From: an uncultured Solirubrobacteraceae bacterium
GTDB taxonomy: Bacteria; Actinomycetota; Thermoleophilia; Solirubrobacterales; Solirubrobacteraceae
Direction: 5' to 3'
DNA: 64,000 bases
Assembly: GCA_963699115.1 (NCBI GenBank)
Contig: CAVOTJ010000002.1
Coordinates: 2,713-66,712, forward strand
A model generated the notes under the pieces. That model did no database searches. It worked only from the letters and a program-made list of their open reading frames with translations, and had not been told where the DNA came from. Position 1 is the stretch's first letter. Every line of letters begins with the position of its first letter. Positions 1-10,134 of the stretch are shown here, one piece after another. The translations under genes and the position numbers were made by a program.

Positions 1-1735
1 CGGGCACATCCTCTCCGTTGATCCCCTGCATCAGCGCGAGGTACATCGCGCGGATAACGATCGGCACGCCTGAGATCATCATCTTCTAGATCCCGGGGAA
101 GCGCTTGAGGTCGTCGATCATGCCCAGGTGGGATCGATGTGCAACTTCCCGTTCTTCGCCATACGCGACAGCGGTACGACCCGCAACTGAGTCGCCCAAC
201 GCCCGTGCCCGTCGCGCATCCCAGGGACCAGTCCCTTCAAGTAGGTCAGTCCGCGATCGGGGTCGATGTGGTTTCCGCCCGCCTGTCCTCAAATAGCGAA
301 GCCGCGGACAGTCGGAATACAGGCAGAGTCCGTGAGCAAGGCCGCTATCGAGCGCGCCAGGATCGGCAACCGTCCGCCGTGCCTCCGTCCGGTGCTCCTC
401 GGGCACAAGTGAAAAGCTCGACAAACGCCCGTCGAGGCATGGTCCATGCTCGCTGTTACGAACTGATCGAGCTTGCTCAGGGCCGCATGGTGCGGCCCAC
501 GGTCAGGCCAGTCCTCTTCAACGAGCGAGCCAATCCACAGCATGTCCGGGAGAAGGTCCCGCTCCCATTCAGTTGTCTGAACGTTCATTGGAGGCGCGAG
601 CATCGGCGGCTGGAGCGCCCGTGCCTTCCGGTCGAGGACGTGTTCGCTCAGGCGAGACGAGCCGCGGTCCCGAACTGACGAACCCGCCGTCTTTCGCTTG
701 CCCTTGCTGGCCCTCTTTCGGCTCGACACGAGACCGACTGTAGATGGCAGGCCGGCGACGCCTGTCTTCTGTGGCTGCTGCGCTCGTTCAAGGGGCTCGC
801 CGTGACCGTTGACTCGCCCGCCGGTGCGCTCGCAGCCCAGCACGAGGCGCGACCGCGAGCCAGCGGCACTCGGCCGGGCCCCGTCGGATGGCTCGTTGCG
901 GTAGATGAGCCGGAAGCGCGGCTTGCCCCGGTGCGTGGGGATGTCGAATCGGACCCGTCGGCAGCCGGCAAGCTCGGGATGCCGCCCTGAGCCCATCATC
1001 TCGCCGACTAGGGGTTCGCCTTGCATTCGACCAGCAACTCGGCGATGCGCTGCTTGAGAGCGTCCAGCTCGGATGCACCGGCCTCGTCGTCCGTGCTTGC
1101 GACGAGACTCGCCACGTCATCATGTACCCCGTCGGCGAAGGTGACGGGCGCCCCCGCGGTCCGCTTTCCCGCTCATCGACTCAGCGTGTGTGGATGCCGA
1201 GTTCCGCGAGAGCTTCGGCGCCGTCCTGCGTGCGCTCAGCGGCGCCGCTTCGGATGCGCTCGGCCGCAACGCTTCGGCCTCCTCGTCGGCCCCGCGGGCC
1301 TCGAGCGACTCGGCGATGGCGTCGAGCCTGCTGTCGAGGTCGTCGTGCATCCGACGCATCTGATCTTCGAGGCGAGCGAGCATGTCCGCCAGCTCGGTGG
1401 GCTTCGTTTCCGGCGTAGGTGGCATAGCGCAAGGATATCTCGCGGCGCGGACCTGGAACCATACCGCCCGGGCCGGGCGGCGTCGGCTCGAGGCGATCGG
1501 CCCGAATGAGGACTCGTGCCGCTTCCGCATCCCTCCCACAAACGCTGCGCAAACGATGACGAATTACGCATCGCGAGGTCGGGAGCAGCCCGAAAACCGC
1601 ATAAACACTAGGTTTCAGCCGCGTAGCCCGACGTAGCTCGCGAGCTACGTCGGGCTACGCGGCTGAAACCTAGTGTTTATGCGGGTTTTCGGCTGCCGAA
1701 CCTCGCCGATGCGTAGTTCGTCATCGTTTGCGCAG

Positions 1736-1758
1736 CGTTTGTGGGAAGAATGTGGGAA
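1736..1758 (+). repeat. Putative integrase arm-type site (TGTGGGAA x2), left end of element A
   Basis: Exact direct copy at 13824-13846. Confidence 0.7.
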
Positions 1759-1857
1759 GCGGCACCAGTCCTCATTCGGGCCGATCGCCTCCAAGCCGAC
1801 GCCGCCCGGCCAGGGCCGGGATGGCTTCCCGGTCCGCCCGCGAGATATCCTTGCGCT

Positions 1858-2103
1858 ATGCCACCTACGCCGGAGACGAAGCCCACCGAGCTGGCGGACA
1901 TGCTCGCTCGCCTCGAAGATCAGATGCGTCGGATGCACGACGACCTCGACAGCAGGCTCGACGCCATCGCCGAGTCGCTGGAGGCCCGCGGGGCCGACGA
2001 GGAGGCCGAAGCGCTTGCGGCCGAGCGCATCCGAAGCGGCGCCGCTGAGCGCACGCAGGACGGCGCCGAAGCTCTCGCGGAACTCGGCATCCACACACGC
2101 TGA
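1858..2103 (+). CDS. Small acidic protein, putative antitoxin
   Basis: 81 aa, helical and acidic, directly upstream of a RelE-like gene; TATCCT -10-like box 6 nt before the ATG (leaderless). Confidence 0.6.
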   Translation: MPPTPETKPTELADMLARLEDQMRRMHDDLDSRLDAIAESLEARGADEEAEALAAERIRSGAAERTQDGAEALAELGIHTR

Positions 2104-2107
2104 GTCG

Positions 2108-2497
2108 ATGAGCGGGAAAGCGGACCGCGGGGTGCCCGTCACCTTCGCCGACGGGGTACATGATGACGTGGCGAGTCTCGTCGCAAGCACGGACGACGAG
2201 GCCGGTGCATCCGAGCTGGACGCTCTCAAGCAGCGCATCGCCGAGTTGCTGGTCGAATGCAAGGCGAACCCCTACGTCGGCGAGATGATGGGCTCAGGGC
2301 GGCATCCCGAGCTTGCCGGCTGCCGACGGGTCCGATTCGACATCCCCACGCACCGGGGCAAGCCGCGCTTCCGGCTCATCTACCGCAACGAGCCATCCGA
2401 CGGGGCACCGGCCGAGTGCCGCTGGCTCGCGGTCGCGCCTCGTGCTGGGCTGCGAGCGCACCGGCGGGCGAGTCAACGGTCACGGCGAGCCCCTTGA
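2108..2497 (+). CDS. RelE/ParE-like toxin
   Basis: 129 aa; NPYVGE...LAGCRRVRFD...RFRLIYR...LAVAPR pattern of RelE/ParE-fold toxins. Confidence 0.6.
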   Translation: MSGKADRGVPVTFADGVHDDVASLVASTDDEAGASELDALKQRIAELLVECKANPYVGEMMGSGRHPELAGCRRVRFDIPTHRGKPRFRLIYRNEPSDGAPAECRWLAVAPRAGLRAHRRASQRSRRAP

Positions 2498-2555
2498 ACG
2501 AGCGCAGCAGCCACAGAAGACAGGCGTCGCCGGCCTGCCATCTACAGTCGGTCTC

Positions 2556-4214
2556 ATGTCGAGCCGAAAGAGGGCCAGCAAGGGCAAGCGAAAGACGGCG
2601 GGTTCGTCAGTTCGGGACCGCGGCTCGTCTCGCCTGAGCGAACACGTCCTCGACCGGAAGGCACGGGCGCTCCAGCCGCCGATGCTCGCGCCTCCAATGA
2701 ACGTTCAGACAACTGAATGGGAGCGGGACCTTCTCCCGGACATGCTGTGGATTGGCTCGCTCGTTGAAGAGGACTGGCCTGACCGTGGGCCGCACCATGC
2801 GGCCCTGAGCAAGCTCGATCAGTTCGTTAACAGCGAGCATGGACCATGCCTCGACGGGCGTTTGTCGAGCTTTTCACTTGTGCCCGAGGAGCACCGGACG
2901 GAGGCACGGCGGATGGTTGCCGATGCTGGCGCGCTCGATAGCGGCCTTGCTCACGGACTTTGCCTGTATTCCGACTGTCCGGCGGCTTGGCTATTTGAGG
3001 ACTGGCGGGCGGAGAACCACATCGACCCCGATCGCGGACTGACCTACTTGAAGGGACTGGTCTCTCGGATGCGCGACGGGCACGGGCGTTGGGCGACTCA
3101 GTTGCGGGTCGTACCGCTGTCGCGTATGGCGAAGAACGGGAAGTTGCACATCGCATCCCACCTGGGCGTGATCGACGACCTCAAGCGCTTCCCGCGGGAT
3201 CTAGAAGATGATGATCTCAGGCGTGCCGAATCGTCAATCCGCGCGATGTACCTCGCGCTCATGCAGGGGATCAACGGAGAGGATGCGCCCGGAGCCTGGG
3301 CCGAACACTTCTGGCGTCAGAACTGGCATCTAAGCGTATGTGAGCAGGCGCGGCCACTCGTGCTCACCAAGGAGGAGCAAGAGGACTCGGCGCCGGAGAA
3401 CGAGGGCGTTCCCCGGGTCACTCCGCGCCGGGCGCGGGACGGCTTCGTCGCTGCCGTAGAGCAGTTTCAGAAGGACCTTGAGGCGTTGCAGGCGAGAGTA
3501 AAGCCCGATCTCTATGACCCAATTTCGGATGAGGTTCGGCTCGGATTGGCAGCGCGTCAAGTGCGAATGCTCTACCGCTTGGTCGAGGACCCCAACTTGT
3601 GGACCGACGAGAACGCCCCCCACCACCTCCGTTCGATGGTGGACGCGCGCATCACCACCGCTTGGCTGCTTTGGAAGAACGATCCCGAAATGTACGCTCG
3701 CTACAAGGCGTATGGTCAGGGGAAGCTGAAGCTGCTCAAGCTCAACTTCGCCGATGCGGTCGAGCAGAGTGGGTTCTCGCGGTCAAACGAGGAAGCGCTG
3801 AAGCGGCTTGAGGCCGCAGTCAACGAGGACACTATGGAGGAGTTTCAGCCAATTTTCGTTACCGCAAACTTCGCTGATCGCCCGATACGCAAGATGGCCG
3901 AGGATGTCGGGCTCAAGGACCTTTATGATCTGAGCTATTCGCCGCTCTCCGGTGAGTCACATGGTGATTGGGGAAGCCTCGTCAGCCATGATCTTCGTCG
4001 CTGCGCCAATCCGCTACATCGCTACCATCGGATCGCTCGTTTTCGCACGAACGAACAGGGGCTCCGTCTCGCCTACATCCGCCAAGCGTACAACCTCATG
4101 GTCGAGACGGTCGAAGCCGTGTTCGTGCACTACGGACTGTCCACAGACGAGCCGCTGGAACGTTGCGACATGGCGTTTGCGCACGCTGTGGGCGCCCAGG
4201 GCGACCCCGAGTAA
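2556..4214 (+). CDS. DUF5677-like (HEPN-related) protein
   Basis: 552 aa; C-terminal LRSMVDARI...IRKMAEDVGLKDLYDLSYSPLSGESHGDW resembles the DUF5677 signature; TACAGT -10-like box before the ATG. Confidence 0.6.
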   Translation: MSSRKRASKGKRKTAGSSVRDRGSSRLSEHVLDRKARALQPPMLAPPMNVQTTEWERDLLPDMLWIGSLVEEDWPDRGPHHAALSKLDQFVNSEHGPCLDGRLSSFSLVPEEHRTEARRMVADAGALDSGLAHGLCLYSDCPAAWLFEDWRAENHIDPDRGLTYLKGLVSRMRDGHGRWATQLRVVPLSRMAKNGKLHIASHLGVIDDLKRFPRDLEDDDLRRAESSIRAMYLALMQGINGEDAPGAWAEHFWRQNWHLSVCEQARPLVLTKEEQEDSAPENEGVPRVTPRRARDGFVAAVEQFQKDLEALQARVKPDLYDPISDEVRLGLAARQVRMLYRLVEDPNLWTDENAPHHLRSMVDARITTAWLLWKNDPEMYARYKAYGQGKLKLLKLNFADAVEQSGFSRSNEEALKRLEAAVNEDTMEEFQPIFVTANFADRPIRKMAEDVGLKDLYDLSYSPLSGESHGDWGSLVSHDLRRCANPLHRYHRIARFRTNEQGLRLAYIRQAYNLMVETVEAVFVHYGLSTDEPLERCDMAFAHAVGAQGDPE

Positions 4215-4237
4215 CGGCACGCACTCCCGACTCCGAG

Positions 4238-5419
4238 TCACGCCGCCTGCCGTGTCGGCGCAACCGAGTGCATCCGACGTGCCGCTTCATGCGCCCGCTT
4301 CGGCAGAAGATGGGAGTAAACGTCAACCGTCGTGGAAGTCTTGGCATGACCGGCAAACGCGGCAACGATCAAGATGTCCTCGCCCTGGCTGATCGCGTTC
4401 GTGATCGCCGTGTGCCGAAGGTCGTGCAGTCGGATCGTCCCTGGTAGCCCTGCCCGATCCGCGTAACGGCGGAAAACACGAGTGACCATGCGCGGGCTCA
4501 GCGGCCGGCCGGTGGGCCGAACCACGCCATCCCGGCCACGCTTCCGCTCGACCGTGGCAAAGACGGGAGCCTCGTCGCGCATGTCCTTTGCCTCGGCCAA
4601 GACTTCTTCGAGTGCAGCGAGAGCGCCGTCGAGAAGCGGAACTATCCTCTCCCCCGCCTCTGTCTTGGTCGTGAGGTGGCTCTCATCGTCGTCGGCTTCG
4701 TCGGGATCGTCATAGGCGCCGATACTGCGCCTGACGTACAGGACGCGCTCAAGAAGGGCAACGTCCTCCCGTCTGAGGCCGATCATCTCTCCGCGGCGTA
4801 GCCCGGTGTCGAGCGCAACTGTAAAAAACTGCTGCCAGCGCGGGGAACAGGCAGCGAGGAAGCGGGCGACTTGCGCCGGGGTGAGAGCCGTCCCGCGTGC
4901 GCGTCTGCGCTGCTTCTGTCCACGTTTGCGCGGTGCGCTCGCGGGGTTAACCGTCACGAGCCCCAAATCTTGCGCGAAGGCGAACATCGCGTGAATGTGG
5001 CGGCGTATCTTCGCCACTGTTTCCTTGCTCAAGCCCTCTGCCCGCTTGCGGGCCAGCAACGACTTGACCATCGCGGGCTTGCAGTCGTCCACACGCACCG
5101 CACCGAGCGTCGGCGCCACGTGCCTGTAGAAGGTGCCCTTGTAATTCGCGGCGGCACCCGCCTTGAGGTTCGGCGGCACGTGCTCGCTCAGCCATCGCCG
5201 ACCGAGTTCCAGCACCGTCAGAGCGCTGGGGACATAGCGTCCGTCGTCGGCGTCCGCCTGCAAGCTCCGAAGCACCCTCTGCGCCTGTCGCTTGCTCGAT
5301 CCTGCGGCCTTCTCGACCTGCTTCCAGCGAACCTCGCCCGTCTCGGGGTCGATCACCTGGACTCGCGTGCGGACGTAGAACCGACCGCCTCGCTCTCGGA
5401 TGCTTCCTGCGGCCATCAC
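4238..5419 (-). CDS. int: Tyrosine recombinase / phage integrase
   Basis: TGLRRGE, RLHDLRHT and AGHAKTSTTVDVYSH catalytic motifs; N-terminal GSIRER arm-binding region. Confidence 0.95.
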   Translation of the reverse strand: MMAAGSIRERGGRFYVRTRVQVIDPETGEVRWKQVEKAAGSSKRQAQRVLRSLQADADDGRYVPSALTVLELGRRWLSEHVPPNLKAGAAANYKGTFYRHVAPTLGAVRVDDCKPAMVKSLLARKRAEGLSKETVAKIRRHIHAMFAFAQDLGLVTVNPASAPRKRGQKQRRRARGTALTPAQVARFLAACSPRWQQFFTVALDTGLRRGEMIGLRREDVALLERVLYVRRSIGAYDDPDEADDDESHLTTKTEAGERIVPLLDGALAALEEVLAEAKDMRDEAPVFATVERKRGRDGVVRPTGRPLSPRMVTRVFRRYADRAGLPGTIRLHDLRHTAITNAISQGEDILIVAAFAGHAKTSTTVDVYSHLLPKRAHEAARRMHSVAPTRQAA

Positions 5420-5697
5420 GCATCATCTCCCATGAGGTTTGCTTCGACTTCATCGAGGGTCATGCACGGCTTGCCCGTGGGACCCCTCCCAGCCTCCACT
5501 TTGCCCGTGACCAGACTGACGATCATCCAACGGCCGTAGTCGATCGCCCGCGGATCACGAGTCCGGGACTTGCGGAGCGCGAGACCCTGCCGGTCAGCCG
5601 CTCTGCGAAGCAGGTTCTCGCGGACCTTCTCATTCGTCGTTTGCGGCATCGCGCATCCTTTCGTAGATACTAGACGCGATGCTAGATAGCATACCAC
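5416..5697 (-). CDS. Small hypothetical protein coupled to the integrase
   Basis: Stop overlaps the integrase start; real start may be MPQTT (~5649). Confidence 0.55.
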   Translation of the reverse strand: MVCYLASRLVSTKGCAMPQTTNEKVRENLLRRAADRQGLALRKSRTRDPRAIDYGRWMIVSLVTGKVEAGRGPTGKPCMTLDEVEANLMGDDA

Positions 5698-5726
5698 AAG
5701 CTATGCTTCAGCTCATGCGAGCGCGA

Positions 5727-6080
5727 TCATCTCAGCGCCCAATCGGGATCGGCGCGCCAACTCCGAGCCGTTGACTTCGCGGCTGCCGGTTTCAGACGGC
5801 GCCCAGCGAGGAACCGCTCAACGTCGGACACACGGAACCTGATCGGGTTGCGCCCGCCCCCATCGGAGAGTCGGAACGCTCCAAGCTCGGCTTGGTGGCG
5901 CCGCACCCATTCGGGCGTCGTGGCGAGTGCGGTCGCAAGCTGATCGACCGTGACAAGCGGCTCAAAACGGCTCCGCTGGCGCGCCGCGACGAGTATCGCG
6001 GCGCGCTCCGCTATAACCGCGACCAGCTCCGCAGAGACGTCAATCTTCACCGCTGGCGGTTGGAAGCTGCTGCCCTTCAT
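5727..6080 (-). CDS. Excisionase-like helix-turn-helix protein
   Basis: LVTVDQLATALATTPEWVRR...IRFRVSDVERFL, MerR/Xis-type HTH. Confidence 0.75.
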   Translation of the reverse strand: MKGSSFQPPAVKIDVSAELVAVIAERAAILVAARQRSRFEPLVTVDQLATALATTPEWVRRHQAELGAFRLSDGGGRNPIRFRVSDVERFLAGRRLKPAAAKSTARSWRADPDWALR

Positions 6081-6574
6081 GTCAGCAGCTCCCAGCGGAG
6101 CTTTTTGCCGGTTGGGTGTGTGTCGGCGGCGGGACGGCCGGGTCGGTTCCAACGCCCGCCGCCTGCGTTGGCGTCGGCGAGCGTGAAGCCGCTCGCGCGG
6201 AGTGATGCGCCGCCCTCCTCGGGCAGCGTGTAGGTAATGACCTTGCGGTAGCCAAGCGCCTTGACCGCCCGCCACGCCGCCCGGTAGAGCATCGAGCAGG
6301 CATTCGGCGCCCCATCGGTGCAGCAGCGCCGGACTTCGGCGGTGAACCCGTCATCGAGCGCCCTGGCGATCGGGCGGCCAACCACAGCGACGCCGCGCAG
6401 CCGCACACCGTCGGATACGGCGACGACGCTGATGCAGCCGGGGACGGGCCGGTTGTGGCGGTGGTATTGCGCGATGTAGGCGTTCGCTGCCTTGAGCGTC
6501 GTCGGGACGATCGTCAGCCGCAGCGAGGCGCGTTCGTGCGCGTGTCTGTTCCTTTGCTTGTCATGTTCTGTCAA
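6077..6574 (-). CDS. XF1762-family (Mom-like, GNAT-fold) protein
   Basis: ANAYIAQYHRHN...GVAVVGRPIARALDDG...EVRRCCTDG.PNACSMLY...ITYTL..E.GASLRASGF. Confidence 0.75.
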   Translation of the reverse strand: MTEHDKQRNRHAHERASLRLTIVPTTLKAANAYIAQYHRHNRPVPGCISVVAVSDGVRLRGVAVVGRPIARALDDGFTAEVRRCCTDGAPNACSMLYRAAWRAVKALGYRKVITYTLPEEGGASLRASGFTLADANAGGGRWNRPGRPAADTHPTGKKLRWELLT

Positions 6575-6664
6575 TTGTCATGGTGCCGGCGGAAGACCCT
6601 TACAACAGAAAAAAGTCACTTCGGGGCGTCTGCGGGTACACGCGCCACCCCTAAAGATTTCGAG

Positions 6665-7468
6665 CTACACGCTCACGGCTGCGGGCCGGCGCCAGCGCCG
6701 GCCGAGACAGTCCTCGACACGGCGCTGCGGCTCGCGTGGCGCGGCGGGCAGCTCATCGAAGCGGCGTTGTTGCTCGCGGGCGGATAGCAGCTCGTAGCGC
6801 TCGCCATCCGTGCTGCCCCATACCCACGGCGGGCCAGGTGGTGCGCAGCGCGCGAGGTTCGCCAAACGGCGCCGGCCGTCACAGACGAGCAGCACGTTTC
6901 CAAGCTCGCGGCGCGGGTCGGCGGCAAGCGCGTGCTTGTAGGCGTGGAGCTTCGCCTTCACCCGCCGGGCGGGCTCGGTCGCGCGGTCTGCCTCCAGGTA
7001 GAACGTGACCTCGCCGTCGGGCAGCAGATAGCGACCGTACCCGTCAGGGCGTACGCGCGCCCCGGTGCCGTGTTGTGCCTGCTGCTCGCCGAACCAGCGA
7101 TACAGCCCCTCGCCAGGCCGGGTGAGGCTGCGTTCGATCAGCGCGAGAAAGAACCGCGCGACCGCGCGGCGGTGCTCGAGGTCTGGGATCGACAGGCTCG
7201 GCGGGCGGCGTGCGGGTGCGCCGATCGCGCGCCTTCCGTTGGGGGAGAGGAACCACAGCGCCTCCGAGCGTCCGCCTCTGTGTGAGCGCGCTGGGTACAC
7301 GCGCAGCAGCAGGTCGTGTGCTTCCAGCTTGACGAGTCGTTCACGACAGGTACAAACACCCGAGAAGAAAAGGAGACGGACCTCGGAGGTGGATAGGGGC
7401 TCGGATTGGGAGAGACGGTCAAGTAGCTCCCGGTCACGAGCAGTCAAAGAGGCGAGAGCCAGTGTCAC
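6665..7468 (-). CDS. Replication-relaxation (Replic_Relax, MOBC-like) relaxase
   Basis: N-terminal LTARDRELL wHTH, RPDGYG...FYLEADRATE motif; coupled to the VirD4-like gene. Confidence 0.85.
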   Translation of the reverse strand: MTLALASLTARDRELLDRLSQSEPLSTSEVRLLFFSGVCTCRERLVKLEAHDLLLRVYPARSHRGGRSEALWFLSPNGRRAIGAPARRPPSLSIPDLEHRRAVARFFLALIERSLTRPGEGLYRWFGEQQAQHGTGARVRPDGYGRYLLPDGEVTFYLEADRATEPARRVKAKLHAYKHALAADPRRELGNVLLVCDGRRRLANLARCAPPGPPWVWGSTDGERYELLSAREQQRRFDELPAAPREPQRRVEDCLGRRWRRPAAVSV

Positions 7469-10134
7469 GGCCGCCGGCCACCGGAAGGGAACGGGTGTTC
7501 ATTGTCGGGGTTTGCCTGCGCGCCGGGATCGCTGTACTGGTGCGGGATACCGGGCGACGGGGGTCCTCCTTCGGTGGGAGCCCCGAACGGAGGACCGAAC
7601 GGCGGAACCCCAACACTCCCGGAGTCGAAGGCGTCACCTGCTTGTTCGTCGGCGTGGGCATGTCCTGGCGGCGGCTGCTCGATACGGCCGTAACGCTCAC
7701 GGATCATCGTCTCCACGGCGGCGCGCCCGACTGCGTGGGCGCGAGCACGGCCACGGATCGCGCCGGCAGTATCGCCGGACGTGGCTCGCGGCGGCGGCTC
7801 GGTGGTCGCGGTCGCGGCTGGTAGCTGGTGGTGCTCGTGAGCGACGCGGCAAGCGATTGTGTGCGCCTGAAGGTGCAGGAGATCGTGCGCGTCCAGCCGT
7901 GGCTCGAAGTGAACGGCCATGCGTTTCGCGTCCGCTGCGCCGAGTCCGAAGCAGAGCTTGGTCTGGCAGTTCGCGTCCACGGCCTCGGAGAGCTCGCTGT
8001 CTTTGAGCTGCGCGAGGTTCTGATGCGCGAGCACTATCCCCACCCCGTAGCCCCTTGCCTGCGCGAGCGCGGTCGCCATGCCTTGCGGCATATGGGAGAA
8101 ACGGTGGCACTCATCCACGAGGCAGAGGAAGGGTGGCCGGTCGGCGAGCGCGAGCGGCCCGAGACGCTGCGCGGCCTGCCACGCGCGATGAAGGAGCACC
8201 GAGCCGATCAGGTCTGCGGCGTCCTCGCCGAGCGTCTGCGGCAACGCAACGAGCAGCCACCGGCCGCCGTTGATCCGCTCCGTGAGGTCCGGCGCGGTGG
8301 GCTGGCAGAGCATGTTGCGTAGCTGGCGGTTGCCGAGCAGCGCGCGCAGCTTGTTCGACAAGGGTGCGAGCGCCTGCACCCTGGCCTGCTCGCTGAGCGT
8401 CTGCCACTGGCGCCAGAACACATCCAACGCCACCGGATCACCCGCGCGGTAGCGGGCGCGTTCGCCGGGGTCGGACAGCAGCGTGAGCACGTCCGCGAGC
8501 GTCGGCGGCGGCCCGGCAGGGTCACGCCCACACAACAAGGTTGTGAGCGCCGAGCGCAGGATGTCCTCCGTCCTCGGCCCCCAGAAGCGCGAGAACAGCC
8601 GAGCGAAGATGCCGCAGATCGCCTGCGCGTGCGCGTCACCCTCGCCCGGCGTGCAGGCAAGCAGGTTCAACGCCGGCGGATAGCTCGTGTCGCCGAGGTC
8701 GAGTAGGTCCACATCCTCTGCTCGCTCGGAGGGTATGCGGGCGAGCGTGAGCGTGGTCAGCTCGCCGGTGGGGTCGAGCACCATCCCGCCCATCCCGGCG
8801 CGGATCGCCTCGACGGTCATGTTCAACAACAACGTGCTCTTGCCCCGCCCGGTCGGGCCGAGCACGTGCGCGTGCTCCAACAGCCCCGCGGGCTGCACCC
8901 GAATCTCACGGTCAAACCCGGCATGGTCGCTGCGGCCGAGCAGCAGTCCTTGTGATGGTGCGTGCGCGGACGGCGCGATCCTGCGCGACGGCGCCTCGGA
9001 GAATGACAGCGGCGCGAGCGCGGTTTCCTCCGGCACGGCGATCAACGTCGCGGCCTCGCGGCTACTCAACAGCAGCCGCGGTTTCACCGGCGGCAGACAG
9101 AACGTCATCCGCCATTTGCAGAACGGCTCGAAGCCCTTGTGTAGACCGCCGAGGTCGTGGAACTGCCCGCACGCCGCCAGCAGCCCACCAAGCCGCCCGC
9201 CTGCGCGACGACGATCGTCAGCCCACGCCCCGACACGCAGCGTCGCGGCGAGCAAGGGTTGTGCGGCCTTCGCCTCGATCGCCTTCGCGCGCTCAAGGGA
9301 GAACGGGTCCACCCGCGTCTGCTGGCCCGCCGCTGTGGGTGGCGGACCGGGCAAGAATATGTCGATCAACTCAAGACGCAGCCCGCCGGCCGCCAGCAGC
9401 GCGCGCAGTGGCAGGCCACCCGATTGCAGTCCGCGGCCGGCGCGCAGCCGCCGCGCCTGCCCGCGCGCCCGGTTCGCCGCCGAGCGCGGCGGCGCCTGCA
9501 AGACGAGTTGGATCGCGCCGCCCTCGTGCGGTTCGTGTGCGCGCAGCGCCGCCAACAGTTGGCCGGCGGGGTCAACGCGGTGATCGACCCGCAACGGCAA
9601 GAATCGTGAGCCGCCGGGGGCGAGACTCGCCACGCGCATGTGCTCGCACGGCTCAAGCCCCCCGAGCCCGAACGTCTCGGCGGTGACGCCGCCGAGGCCC
9701 TGCTCGACCGCCGCGCGCACCTGTGCCACCGGCACGCCACCCGAGACGAACAAGCCGCACCCCGCGCGATCCTCCGTCGATGACAGCTCCAGCGCGACCC
9801 ACGGCACCGGGGCCAGCAGCGGACGCGGCAGCCCGCCCGCAAGCGTACTCATCAACGACTCGACCGCCGCCCGCGACACCTGCTCGCCGAGGCGAACCTC
9901 AAAGCAGCAACCTTCCATCGCAAGACGACGCCGCCCCCACACCCGCCACACCCCCACGAGCAGCAGCGCCACGAGCACCAATGCGAGCAACGGCGCGAGC
10001 GTCCCGAACACAGAGAATGAGTGATGGGCGACCGACGAGCCCGCCTGATGCAGCAGCCGGTGCGACTCACGCTCGAACCGTTCAGCGAGCCGAGACGAGC
10101 GAAGAAGATGATGCTGTGTGTCGTGATTTCTCAT
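7465..10134 (-). CDS. Type IV coupling protein (VirD4/TraD-like)
   Basis: N-terminal TM, Walker A GPTGRGKS, Walker B LVDECH, ARGYGVGIVLAHQ. Confidence 0.9.
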   Translation of the reverse strand: MRNHDTQHHLLRSSRLAERFERESHRLLHQAGSSVAHHSFSVFGTLAPLLALVLVALLLVGVWRVWGRRRLAMEGCCFEVRLGEQVSRAAVESLMSTLAGGLPRPLLAPVPWVALELSSTEDRAGCGLFVSGGVPVAQVRAAVEQGLGGVTAETFGLGGLEPCEHMRVASLAPGGSRFLPLRVDHRVDPAGQLLAALRAHEPHEGGAIQLVLQAPPRSAANRARGQARRLRAGRGLQSGGLPLRALLAAGGLRLELIDIFLPGPPPTAAGQQTRVDPFSLERAKAIEAKAAQPLLAATLRVGAWADDRRRAGGRLGGLLAACGQFHDLGGLHKGFEPFCKWRMTFCLPPVKPRLLLSSREAATLIAVPEETALAPLSFSEAPSRRIAPSAHAPSQGLLLGRSDHAGFDREIRVQPAGLLEHAHVLGPTGRGKSTLLLNMTVEAIRAGMGGMVLDPTGELTTLTLARIPSERAEDVDLLDLGDTSYPPALNLLACTPGEGDAHAQAICGIFARLFSRFWGPRTEDILRSALTTLLCGRDPAGPPPTLADVLTLLSDPGERARYRAGDPVALDVFWRQWQTLSEQARVQALAPLSNKLRALLGNRQLRNMLCQPTAPDLTERINGGRWLLVALPQTLGEDAADLIGSVLLHRAWQAAQRLGPLALADRPPFLCLVDECHRFSHMPQGMATALAQARGYGVGIVLAHQNLAQLKDSELSEAVDANCQTKLCFGLGAADAKRMAVHFEPRLDAHDLLHLQAHTIACRVAHEHHQLPAATATTEPPPRATSGDTAGAIRGRARAHAVGRAAVETMIRERYGRIEQPPPGHAHADEQAGDAFDSGSVGVPPFGPPFGAPTEGGPPSPGIPHQYSDPGAQANPDNEHPFPSGGRRP

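Larger units (their letters stand above)
1..3291. repeat. Giant inverted duplication (fold-back) with axis between 1640 and 1641
   Basis: acgtagctcg|cgagctacgt at 1631-1650; 1-1640 is the reverse complement of 1641-~3291, with indels that break the mirrored ORFs in the left arm. Confidence 0.95.

Noticed and set aside
1-1640. ORFs in the left arm as independent genes
   Set aside because: They are error-laden mirror copies of 1641-3291
7065-10024. Long antisense and overlapping ORFs here and throughout the window
   Set aside because: Arg/Ala/Pro-rich shadow ORFs expected in high-GC DNA
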